This document shows, piece by piece, positions 1 to 7,838 of a DNA stretch of 32,000 nt (the first letter of the stretch is position 1; each line of letters begins with the position of its first letter). This DNA is from an uncultured Methylococcales bacterium (GTDB taxonomy: Bacteria > Pseudomonadota > Gammaproteobacteria > Methylococcales > Methylothermaceae): positions 1 through 32,000 of the forward strand of contig CAYUPV010000005.1 of the NCBI GenBank assembly GCA_964445885.1, in the 5' to 3' direction. The notes beneath the pieces are model-generated. The model saw only the letters and a list, made by a program, of their open reading frames with translations, was not told the origin of the DNA and did not search any database. Made by a program: the position numbers and the translations under genes.

Positions 1-1033
1 GACCCGTTCCAGTGTGCGCCTCATGAATGCCATGCATGTGGACCTGAGGGTGGTGGCCAACGAAAGCTTTGGTGCTGCGCTGCAATACTTCACCGGCTCG
101 AAGGCCCATAACATCGAGGTACGCACCATGGCGGTCAAGCAGGGACTGAAGATCAATGAATATGGCGTTTTCCGCGCTGACGAGCGCCTGGCGGGGAAGA
201 CCGAGGAGGAGGTCTATGGCTGTGTCGGGCTGCCCTACATCGCCCCGGAACTGCGGGAGGGCAGGGGAGAAGTGGCGGCGGCCATGGAAGGCCGCCTGCC
301 CGATCTGGTGACGCTGGAAGACATCCGCGGTGATCTGCACAGTCATACCCGGGAGACCGATGGCAACGATACCCTGGAGGCCATGGCTGAGGCGGCCCAA
401 ACTTTAGGTTATGAGTATCTGGCCATCACCGATCACTCCAGACGGCTGACCGTGGCCAAGGGTCTGGATGAAAAACGTCTGCGGACACAGATGGAGCAGA
501 TCGACCGGCTCAACGAATCCTTGAAAGGCATCGTACTGCTCAAGGCCATCGAGGTGGACATCCTGGAGGACGGCAGCCTGGATTTGCCCGACAGCGTGCT
601 CAGGGAACTGGATCTGACGGTGTGCTCGGTCCATTACAAGTTCAATCTGTCGCAGAGGAGACAGACCGAAAGGATACTCAGGGCCATGGACGATCCGTAT
701 TGCAACATCATCGCCCATCCCACCGGCAGGCTCATCAACAAGCGCGACCCCTATGACGTCGACGTGGAAACCCTGATGCAGGCCGCCAGGGAACGGGGCT
801 GCATCCTGGAGATCAATGCCCAGCCCGAACGCCTGGACCTGAACGACGACCATTGCCTGCTGGCCAGGGAAATCGGGGTGAAGCTTGCGATCTCCACCGA
901 TGCCCACAGCGCCGAGGGGCTGAAGCTGATGCGCTATGGGGTGGCCCAGGCCAGGAGGGGGTGGTTGGAGAATGGCAATATCATCAACACCCGGCCATTG
1001 AAAGAGATGCTGAAAATGCTTCGAAGAGAATAA
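1..1033 (+). CDS. polX: DNA polymerase/3'-5' exonuclease PolX, C-terminal part including the PHP phosphoesterase domain; the 5' end lies upstream of the window
   Basis: The frame stays open back to base 2 (TRSSVRLMNAMHVDLRVVANESFGAALQYFTGSKAHNIEVR is the PolX thumb-end motif). The track start at 14 is an internal GTG. PHP metal-binding motifs are present: GDLHSHT, ITDHS, EVDI, AHPTGR, STDAHS. Confidence 0.8.
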   Translation, partial: TRSSVRLMNAMHVDLRVVANESFGAALQYFTGSKAHNIEVRTMAVKQGLKINEYGVFRADERLAGKTEEEVYGCVGLPYIAPELREGRGEVAAAMEGRLPDLVTLEDIRGDLHSHTRETDGNDTLEAMAEAAQTLGYEYLAITDHSRRLTVAKGLDEKRLRTQMEQIDRLNESLKGIVLLKAIEVDILEDGSLDLPDSVLRELDLTVCSVHYKFNLSQRRQTERILRAMDDPYCNIIAHPTGRLINKRDPYDVDVETLMQAARERGCILEINAQPERLDLNDDHCLLAREIGVKLAISTDAHSAEGLKLMRYGVAQARRGWLENGNIINTRPLKEMLKMLRRE

Positions 1034-1140
1034 AGCGTGTTTCCATTCGATGGTGAGGGATGGTGGATCTAAGAACGAATGTCGGAATATGAACTGGGTT
1101 TATTCGGCCAAAATCGGACGACGTGGATCGTTCAGTGGTT

Positions 1141-1174
1141 AAGGAGGAAAGGGAAGGGGAACCAGCCCCTCCCC
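1141..1174 (-). terminator. Candidate intrinsic terminator of the HtrA-family protease gene
   Basis: The minus strand reads GGGGAGGGG-CTGGTT-CCCCTTCCC (9-bp stem with one G-U pair), starting about 7 nt after the stop codon. It is followed by TTTCCTCCTT, a weak, interrupted T tract. Confidence 0.4.
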
Positions 1175-1181
1175 GGTAGGG

Positions 1182-2612
1182 TCAGCGTTCCAGCACCAGG
1201 AACAGTGAGAAGTTGCCCCGCTGGATGCGAAGCAACAGACGGTTGGGTGACTTGCTGGCGACGCTGAAGAATTCATCCACTGATTTGACCGGCTTGCGGT
1301 TGACCGAGAGGATGACGTCGCCTTCTCTCAAGCCTGCCTGCCAGGCGGGACTGCCGAATTCGACCGAGGCCACCATCACGCCCTTGACTCGGCCATACAA
1401 CGGATGATCCGGTGAGATTTTGGAAAATTGGGCGCCTTCCAGGAGCGGAATCTCACCTGATACCGCACCACTGGGACCGGCCTTGCCGATCTTGGCGGTC
1501 ACCGTGAGCCGTTTGCCATCGCGGATCAGGTCGATTTTGACCTTCTCTCCCACTCGTTTCAGGCCGACCATGTTTCTCAGCTGCGAGGAATTCCTGATTG
1601 GTTTGCCGTCGAAACTCACGACCACGTCACCGGCTTTGATACCAGCCTTATCGGCGGCGCTTCCCTCGGTTACACCGGCAATCAGTGCACCTTCGGTGGT
1701 CTCCAGTCCCATTGCTTTGACCAGTTCAGGTGTCAGATCCTGGACCTGCACCCCCAGCATGCCGCGCTTGATCCCGCCGTGTTCCACGATCTGTTCCATG
1801 ACCCCCCGTGCCATGTTGACGGGGATGGCGAAACCGATCCCCACGTTTCCACCCGATGGAGCGACGATGGCGGTGTTGATACCCACCAGATGTCCGCGAA
1901 GGTCCACCAGCGCACCACCCGAGTTGCCGGGATTGATGGAGGCGTCGGTCTGGATGAAGTTTTCATACCCTTCGATTCCCAGGCCGGTCCTGCCCAGGGC
2001 ACTGACTATCCCGGAAGTGACGGTCTGACCCAGACCGAAGGGGTTACCGATGGCGACCACGAAATCGCCCACCTGGAGTTTGTCTGAGTTTCCTATGGGC
2101 AGGGCGGTCAGATGATCCGTTTTTACCTTGAGTACCGCGATGTCCGTTTCCGGGTCGGAGCCCACCAGTTTGGCCTTCAAACGGCGCTTGTCCTTGAGGA
2201 CGACGTAGATGACTTCGGCATTCTTGATCACATGGTGGTTGGTGAGGATATAGCCATTGTCCGTGTCCACGATGACCCCGGAGCCGACACTTTGTGTCCG
2301 TCGTTCGCGGGGCATCGGCGGCACGCCGCGGAAGAAATAGCGAAAGAAGGGGTCGTTCAGCAGGGGATTGTCCTGTACGATCACCTTGCCAGAGGCCGCG
2401 ATATTGACGACCGCCGGGAGTACGTTCTTGAGCATGGGTGCCAGGGTGGGCACCTGACTGGTTTCCGTTTCGGTCGGCGGGGGGGCGGCCTGCTTTTCCT
2501 GTCCCCCCAGTCCTTTCAGCCAGGGAATGATATCCGCCTGGGCCGATGAGGTCAGCAGACATACCAGTACCATGACACGCAACAAGAGACCGCTTTGAGT
2601 CAATTTCATCAT
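1182..2612 (-). CDS. degP: Periplasmic Do/HtrA-family serine endoprotease (DegP/DegQ/MucD type) with two PDZ domains
   Basis: The catalytic triad contexts are present: TNHHV, DIAVLKV, GNSGGAL. There are two C-terminal PDZ-like segments and an N-terminal signal peptide (MMKLTQSGLLLRVMVLVCLLTSSAQA). I place the start at the ATG at 2612, preceded by AGGAAAGG, rather than the track start at 2654. Confidence 0.9.
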   Translation of the reverse strand: MMKLTQSGLLLRVMVLVCLLTSSAQADIIPWLKGLGGQEKQAAPPPTETETSQVPTLAPMLKNVLPAVVNIAASGKVIVQDNPLLNDPFFRYFFRGVPPMPRERRTQSVGSGVIVDTDNGYILTNHHVIKNAEVIYVVLKDKRRLKAKLVGSDPETDIAVLKVKTDHLTALPIGNSDKLQVGDFVVAIGNPFGLGQTVTSGIVSALGRTGLGIEGYENFIQTDASINPGNSGGALVDLRGHLVGINTAIVAPSGGNVGIGFAIPVNMARGVMEQIVEHGGIKRGMLGVQVQDLTPELVKAMGLETTEGALIAGVTEGSAADKAGIKAGDVVVSFDGKPIRNSSQLRNMVGLKRVGEKVKIDLIRDGKRLTVTAKIGKAGPSGAVSGEIPLLEGAQFSKISPDHPLYGRVKGVMVASVEFGSPAWQAGLREGDVILSVNRKPVKSVDEFFSVASKSPNRLLLRIQRGNFSLFLVLER

Positions 2613-2753
2613 CCTTTCCTTTAGGAAGTTAACCACAAACAAGAAAAACCCCAATCGTTTGCACTTTCATCCGCCACTCATGGCCAATCGGGGGGCGCAG
2701 TTATTCTGCTACAATATCGCTTTTCTTGCCACTGCCAAACCATCTGCACCGCC

Positions 2754-3686
2754 ATGCCCGCGCTCAGACTGAGAAAACTCCAGAAAGTTTACGAAAACGG
2801 CTTCGAAGCCCTCAAACGGATCGATTTGGAAGTGCGGCAAGGAGATTTCTTCGCCTTGTTGGGACCCAACGGCGCGGGTAAATCCACCACCATCGGTATT
2901 GTAACCTCTCTGGTCAACAAGACTGCGGGCAGAGTGGAAGTGTGTGGTCAAGATCTGGACCATGACAGGGAAGGGGCCAAACGTTGCATCGGTCTGGTGC
3001 CGCAGGAGATCAATTTCAACCAGTTCGAGAAAGTGGGGCAGATCGTTCTCAATCAGGCCGGCTATTACGGGGTACCACGCCGGCTGGCCAGGCAGAAAAT
3101 GGAGAGTGTGCTCAGACAACTGGAATTGTGGGACCGCCGCGACCAGGTCTCGCGCCGCCTGTCCGGAGGCATGAAACGTCGTCTGATGATTGCCAGAGCA
3201 CTGGTCCATTCGCCTCAACTACTGATTCTCGATGAACCCACCGCCGGCGTGGATATCGAGATCCGCCGATCGATGTGGGAATTTCTGCGGCGCCTCAATG
3301 CCCAAGGGACCACCATCATTCTGACCACCCATTATCTGGAGGAGGCGGAACAACTGTGTCGGAATGTGGCCATCATCGATCATGGTCGCATCATCGAATC
3401 CACCTCGATGGCGAAACTGCTCGATGAACTGGAATTCAACGAAGTCTTTCTCGACCTGCGTCAACCAACGGAAACGATACCGGATATTCCGGGCTACCGG
3501 ATCGAAGTGATCGACGACCGCCTCTGGATCGTGGCGGTTCCAAGACAGTTGGGATTGAATCCGCTGTTTGCCGGGCTCTCTCAGGCAGGAATCGAGGTGA
3601 CCAACATTCGCCCCCGCAGCAACCGCCTGGAGCAGTTGTTTTTGCAGCGAGTCCAGGGAAAGCAGCAACTGGAACCAGCCGCCTGA
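2754..3686 (+). CDS. ABC transporter ATP-binding protein (ABC-2/YadG-like exporter ATPase)
   Basis: Walker A is GPNGAGKST, the ABC signature is LSGGMKRRL and Walker B is LLILDEPT. Its stop lies 1 bp before the start of the permease gene. Confidence 0.9.
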   Translation: MPALRLRKLQKVYENGFEALKRIDLEVRQGDFFALLGPNGAGKSTTIGIVTSLVNKTAGRVEVCGQDLDHDREGAKRCIGLVPQEINFNQFEKVGQIVLNQAGYYGVPRRLARQKMESVLRQLELWDRRDQVSRRLSGGMKRRLMIARALVHSPQLLILDEPTAGVDIEIRRSMWEFLRRLNAQGTTIILTTHYLEEAEQLCRNVAIIDHGRIIESTSMAKLLDELEFNEVFLDLRQPTETIPDIPGYRIEVIDDRLWIVAVPRQLGLNPLFAGLSQAGIEVTNIRPRSNRLEQLFLQRVQGKQQLEPAA

Positions 3687-3687
3687 C

Positions 3688-4455
3688 ATGGGCAAGCGCT
3701 GGACCGCCTATCGAACCCTGGCTGGCAAGGAAATCCATCGGTTCCTGCGCATCTGGCCGCAGACTCTGTTGCCACCGCTGGTCACCACCTCATTGTATTT
3801 TCTGATCTTCGGTGCCCTGATGGGACCGCGTATCGGTCCCATGGGCGGGGTGAGTTACATCGATTACATCGTCCCCGGGATCATCCTCATGGCGGTGATC
3901 AATCACTCCTATGCCAATGTGGTGTCGTCGTTCTTTTCCGCCAAATTCCAACGCCACATCGAGGAAATGTTGATCTCTCCCATGCCCAACTGGGTCATCC
4001 TGGCCGGCTATGTCACTGGGGGTATGTTCAGGGGGTTGGTGATCGGCGGCCTGGTCCTGGGCGTGGCGCTGTTATTCACCGATCTGCATGTCTCTCATCC
4101 CGGACTGGCCGTGGCGACGGCGGTTCTGACTGCGCTGTTGTTTTCCCTGGCCGGGTTGATCAATGCCACGTTTGCCAACAGTTTCGACGATATCTCCATC
4201 GTCCCCAACTTCATTCTGACGCCCCTGGTCTATCTTGGCGGGGTGTTTTATTCCGTGAATCTGCTGCCGCCACCCTGGCATACACTCTCACTTTTCAATC
4301 CGATCCTGTATATGATCAATGCCTTTCGCTTCGGATTTCTGGGGGCTGCGGATGTGGCCGTGGAAACCGCATTCCTGTTGGTGAGCGGGATGATTCTGAT
4401 CCTTGGAGGGCTCGCCTGGTGGCTGTTGTATCGGGGCGTGGGGATCAAACACTAG
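3688..4455 (+). CDS. ABC-2 type transporter permease (YadH-like)
   Basis: The 255-aa protein has about six hydrophobic segments and is directly coupled to the upstream ABC ATPase gene. This is the typical ABC-2 permease size and pairing. Confidence 0.85.
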   Translation: MGKRWTAYRTLAGKEIHRFLRIWPQTLLPPLVTTSLYFLIFGALMGPRIGPMGGVSYIDYIVPGIILMAVINHSYANVVSSFFSAKFQRHIEEMLISPMPNWVILAGYVTGGMFRGLVIGGLVLGVALLFTDLHVSHPGLAVATAVLTALLFSLAGLINATFANSFDDISIVPNFILTPLVYLGGVFYSVNLLPPPWHTLSLFNPILYMINAFRFGFLGAADVAVETAFLLVSGMILILGGLAWWLLYRGVGIKH

Positions 4456-4458
4456 TGC

Positions 4459-5181
4459 CTAATCGAGCCGATCACTTGCAAAGAGTTTTTCCAGTGCCTG
4501 CCTGTCCAGAATCCGGATCCATTTGCCGCGAACCTCCAGCCATCCGTTCTTCTCGAATTGTTTGAGGGTACGGCTGACGGTGGCCAGGGCCAGGTCGAGA
4601 TAGTTGCCCAATTCCTGACGGGTGAAACCGATGGAGAATTGTTCGCCAGAAAAGCCGCGGAAGGCATAACGTTCGGACAAATCCAATAAAAAGGCCGCCA
4701 GTCTTTGTTCCGCCGGTTTTTTGATAAACAGCGTCTGGGTTCTTTGATTGCTGATGGCATCGCTGGCATGACGCAGGATCTCATCGAGCAGGGTGGGTAT
4801 CCGGAAACAGATCCGGTGCAGCTGATGAGCGGGTAGTTCACAATAACTCAGTGTATCCAATGCCTGGGCAGAGCAGCGGTGTTTCTGCTGAGCAATGGCG
4901 CCAAACCCCAGGATCTCCCCCGGCAACAGGATCTGAACGATATGCTCCTCGCTCTGTTCGTTGTGATATACCAGTTTGGCCATGCCGGATTTGATGGCGA
5001 TCAGGCCCTCGAAGGCGTCTCCATTACGAAACAGGAACTCCCCCTTGTGTAGTACCTTGCGGCGTTGCACTACATCTTCGAGTTGACTGATCTCTTCCTT
5101 GGTCAGGCCTCGGGGGAAACAGACACTGTTGAATCCACAATTTTGACAGGTGACTTGGAATCCTGGCTGTGTTGGGGTCAT
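4459..5181 (-). CDS. fnr: FNR/ANR-type oxygen-sensing Crp/Fnr family transcriptional regulator
   Basis: The N-terminal cysteine cluster CQNCGFNSVC (C-x2-C-x5-C) plus a later Cys in SYCELP parallels E. coli FNR C20/C23/C29/C122. A cNMP-binding-like fold and a C-terminal HTH (FTRQELGNYLDLALATVSRTLKQF) are present. I place the start at the ATG at 5181, because the upstream extension in the track is AT-rich promoter DNA. Confidence 0.85.
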   Translation of the reverse strand: MTPTQPGFQVTCQNCGFNSVCFPRGLTKEEISQLEDVVQRRKVLHKGEFLFRNGDAFEGLIAIKSGMAKLVYHNEQSEEHIVQILLPGEILGFGAIAQQKHRCSAQALDTLSYCELPAHQLHRICFRIPTLLDEILRHASDAISNQRTQTLFIKKPAEQRLAAFLLDLSERYAFRGFSGEQFSIGFTRQELGNYLDLALATVSRTLKQFEKNGWLEVRGKWIRILDRQALEKLFASDRLD

Positions 5182-5309
5182 GCGCTTGTTGTCATCTTTG
5201 ATTGGGGTGAAATGATACACGAGTATTTGAGTCGGAAAATCCAAAATACTGGCCTTGAAGATATTTATACCGTTATAATTTAGATTATTAATAAAAACCA
5301 CCCTCAAAC

Positions 5310-6140
5310 ATGGCCGATACACAGCTGTTATACCGCTTCAACCAATTGAGATCCTCGCTCGATCGATTCCTGACCCAGCTCCTCAGTGAAAATCATCGAG
5401 CCTGGGTGTTCGACCTCAACAAACATGAATACCTCGATCATGTTGCCCGTACGACACTGACAGACGTACTGGAGCGGCTCGAATATCAGGATGAGAGGGA
5501 TGGTCGTGTGACTGATATCTGTCCTGGAATCGTTGGCGCCTCAGGCAAATTGCTGAGGCTGGCTGGAGAACTCAATCGCCGGCGTGACGAATTCAAACAG
5601 GCGGTGCTGGCGGCAAACAGCAAAGATCGGGAACAGGCCCGTCGAATCATGACTCACCACGGGTTTCCACGGTTGCACTTCAAGCAGCTTTATCGCCATC
5701 TGCCAGTTTTATTGAAAAAGCCGGATTCGATCCGCTTCACCTGGGGAACGACCCGTTCGATCAAAAAAATCACCCGCCAGGCAGCCTACCAGAGATTGGC
5801 GAGACTGGGGGGTGAAGATCCATCTCCAGGGTATCACAAGCAACTGGAACTGTTGGCACAGCATCCCAAAGAGGAACCGATCGCCATCGTCCAGGATCTG
5901 AAGCCCCATATCAAGGCCAATGTGTGTTGGATCCAGCAGAATGGGAAGGAAAGGAATATCACCCGCAGGATGATCAGCGCTGCGTTGGCCATCCTGATTC
6001 CCATGGACCCGGGCGAAGCCTTGCCCGATTATTCCGCCGCCTTTCCAGACAGCAGGAAGCCCAGGAAACCACGCTCGGATGTGAAGATCGAAAGGGAAGC
6101 GTTTTTGCCATCCATCAGAGGGCATCGTTATTGCGAGTAA
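5310..6140 (+). CDS. tus: Tus-family (DNA replication terminus site-binding protein)-like protein, 276 aa
   Basis: Collinear motif matches to E. coli Tus as recalled from memory: ICPGIV/RLPGVL; THHGFPRLHFKQLYRHLPVL/HRHLPGLITLNAYRTLTVL; PDSIRFTWGTTRSIKKI/PATLRFGWANKHIIKNL; KPHIKANVCW/KVQPIARVWY; SAALAILIPMDPG/PTPLIALINRDNG; LPSIRGHRY/IPRLHLYV. The gene ends 16 bp from a dif site. Confidence 0.6.
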   Translation: MADTQLLYRFNQLRSSLDRFLTQLLSENHRAWVFDLNKHEYLDHVARTTLTDVLERLEYQDERDGRVTDICPGIVGASGKLLRLAGELNRRRDEFKQAVLAANSKDREQARRIMTHHGFPRLHFKQLYRHLPVLLKKPDSIRFTWGTTRSIKKITRQAAYQRLARLGGEDPSPGYHKQLELLAQHPKEEPIAIVQDLKPHIKANVCWIQQNGKERNITRRMISAALAILIPMDPGEALPDYSAAFPDSRKPRKPRSDVKIEREAFLPSIRGHRYCE

Positions 6141-6156
6141 TGCCTTACCGTTTGCA

Positions 6157-6184
6157 ATTTAACATAATATACATTATACGAAGT
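6157..6184 (-). other. dif: dif, the XerC/XerD chromosome dimer resolution site
   Basis: The minus strand reads ACTTCGTATAA-TGTATA-TTATGTTAAAT. E. coli dif is GGTGCGCATAA-TGTATA-TTATGTTAAAT. The XerD arm matches 11/11, the central hexamer 6/6 and the XerC arm 7/11. The site is intergenic, and KOPS octamers switch strand here. Confidence 0.85.
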
Positions 6185-6271
6185 TCATTGCCGATTTCAG
6201 TGCCTGGTAGAGTTCATTCGCGGCTTGTGCGCCATTTGTTACCTCAATCCTCCGCTTGTCGTCACTCATGC

Positions 6272-7360
6272 TCAACATCGATTGAGCGGTAAATAGGGAG
6301 CTGGATCCACAATGGGGCTTCTGTCCATCACCAGGTCGGCCAGTAGTCTGGCGGCGGCTGGAGCCATGACCACACCATTGCGGAAATGCCCGCAATCGTA
6401 ATACAGATTCTCCAGCTGAGGATGAGGCCCGATATAGGGAATGCCATCCGGCGCGGCAGGTCTCATACCAGCCCAATGAAGTTCCACTGGGAAGTCAGCC
6501 AGCCTTGGCAGGGTTTCCACGGCAAACCGGTACAAGACATGGTAGGCCTGTGCGGTGGGTCGTTTGTCGAAATCGGCTTCCTCGACGGTACTGCCGACCA
6601 GGATACGACCGTCGTTTCTTGGGATCAGGTAATGCTCCCCCTGTTGAACCATCGTCTGTAACAGACCGGGTTCGGCTCTGAACATGATTATCTGCCCCTT
6701 GACCGGGCGAATTTCGGGCTGCCAATAACCACTTGGCCCCAGTAAGGCAGACCAGGCCCCTGCGGTGACCACGAAAAGATCCGCTGTCAGATTTCCCTCC
6801 GGGACAACGACCGAGTCGATATGGTTGCGCTGTAGCTTCCAGTCGATAACAGGATGTCGTTCCAGGATTTCGACGCCAAGCTGAACAAGTTCCAGACGCA
6901 GCGCCTTCAGCAATCTGGGATTGCGGATCTGCGCAATTTCGCTCAGCCAAAGATGTCGATTTGTGGCTGGAATCCGGAGACCTGGCTGGATCTCTTCAAT
7001 CTTGTCGCGGTCCGGCGTTTCATAGTGAACTTGATGTTCCTGGCACCAGACCACGGCCGATTCACAATCCGGGAGATCCAGCCACAAGAGACCGCAACGA
7101 TTCCACTGAGAATCGATCCCGGTCTGTTTTTTGACCGAATCCGCTAACTCAGGATAGATTTTCTGACTCCAGGAAGACAATCTTTGGATCGGTAGTGGCT
7201 GGCGCCAGGGATATAACGGGGACAGAATTCCTCCTCCTGCCCATGAGGCCTCTCGACCAACCTTGCCGCGTTCGATGATTCTGACCCGGCAACCGCCGGC
7301 AACCAGTTCTCTGGCACAAAGTAGACCGCTGATACCGGCACCTATGACGATGCATTCCAT
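6272..7360 (-). CDS. thiO: FAD-dependent oxidoreductase, glycine oxidase ThiO-like
   Basis: There is an N-terminal dinucleotide-binding motif, IVIGAGISGL. GREASWAGGGILSPLYPWR matches the Pseudomonas-type ThiO/DAO-family signature as I recall it. At 362 aa the size also fits. Confidence 0.65.
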   Translation of the reverse strand: MECIVIGAGISGLLCARELVAGGCRVRIIERGKVGREASWAGGGILSPLYPWRQPLPIQRLSSWSQKIYPELADSVKKQTGIDSQWNRCGLLWLDLPDCESAVVWCQEHQVHYETPDRDKIEEIQPGLRIPATNRHLWLSEIAQIRNPRLLKALRLELVQLGVEILERHPVIDWKLQRNHIDSVVVPEGNLTADLFVVTAGAWSALLGPSGYWQPEIRPVKGQIIMFRAEPGLLQTMVQQGEHYLIPRNDGRILVGSTVEEADFDKRPTAQAYHVLYRFAVETLPRLADFPVELHWAGMRPAAPDGIPYIGPHPQLENLYYDCGHFRNGVVMAPAAARLLADLVMDRSPIVDPAPYLPLNRC

Positions 7361-7598
7361 TAATCAATAGCCTCCTGTTTTACAAAGGGTTTTGTCTTCC
7401 AGAAGATTGATCTGCACATGGAAAAGCAGAATTCCAAACTTTTTGTATGGACAAAAAGCGTTTCGACGGTAGACATGGGCTTCATAATTTGCTTAAAATT
7501 CACTACGTCGATTGCATCGACGGAATCAGATTGTAACCGATCTGGAAATCCCGGTTTTCGGGGTACATAAAAACTAACCAACTGTTGAGGTAGGAGAA

Positions 7599-7763
7599 AT
7601 GGCAGACGAAAGTCAAGAAAAAGACAATTTCTGGCTGATCATTGGTGTGCTTATTGCCGCTGTGGTTGTAGGCGTGATCCTGCTCAAGAAGCGGGAAATG
7701 TCAACGGTGTCATATCAAGCCTGGGACGAAGTCCGGGCGCAGGAAAAAGCCAAAGGTCAATAA
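7599..7763 (+). CDS. Small single-pass membrane protein (54 aa), not in the ORF track
   Basis: The ATG is preceded by GAGGTAGGAGAA. It translates as MADESQEKDNFWLIIGVLIAAVVVGVILLKKREMSTVSYQAWDEVRAQEKAKGQ: an acidic N-terminus, one 20-residue TM helix and a KKR stop-transfer. A strong terminator follows 27 nt downstream. Confidence 0.55.
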   Translation: MADESQEKDNFWLIIGVLIAAVVVGVILLKKREMSTVSYQAWDEVRAQEKAKGQ

Positions 7764-7789
7764 TCCGCCTTTTGGTCAAAGTCAGGAGA

Positions 7790-7822
7790 AGCCCTGCCAG
7801 AGTTTAGGCAGGGCTTTTCTTT
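7790..7822. terminator. Bidirectional intrinsic terminator between the small ORF (+) and ychF (-)
   Basis: AGCCCTGCC-AGAGTTTA-GGCAGGGCT forms a perfect 9-bp GC-rich stem followed by TTTCTTT. It lies between convergent genes. Confidence 0.8.
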
Positions 7823-7838
7823 GCCCGGGTGGTTTCCG

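Noticed and set aside
1079-1267. 62-aa plus-strand ORF in the polX/degP gap
   Set aside because: It overlaps the 3' end of the protease gene and its terminator hairpin. It has no RBS, and its Arg/Gly/Trp-rich translation is not protein-like.
5207-5220. CRP/FNR-like palindrome GTGAAATGATACAC (GTG-N8-CAC) 26-39 bp upstream of the fnr start
   Set aside because: It matches only about 7/10 of the CRP consensus. It carries GTGA rather than the TTGA half-sites expected of an FNR box (TTGAT-N4-ATCAA). That is too weak to call an autoregulatory site without comparative data.
6170-6187. 15-nt identity (ACATTATACGAAGTT) to the spacer end plus right arm of phage P1 loxP
   Set aside because: There is no matching left loxP arm (7/13 only). 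The same bases are fully explained as the central region plus XerC arm of a dif site. The resemblance reflects the shared architecture of tyrosine-recombinase sites, not an engineered or P1-derived lox site.
7360-7581. 73-aa minus-strand ORF upstream of thiO, and a possible TPP riboswitch in the same region
   Set aside because: The ORF has no RBS and spans AT-rich promoter-like DNA containing palindromes. I found none of the conserved TPP-riboswitch core sequences on the thiO strand.
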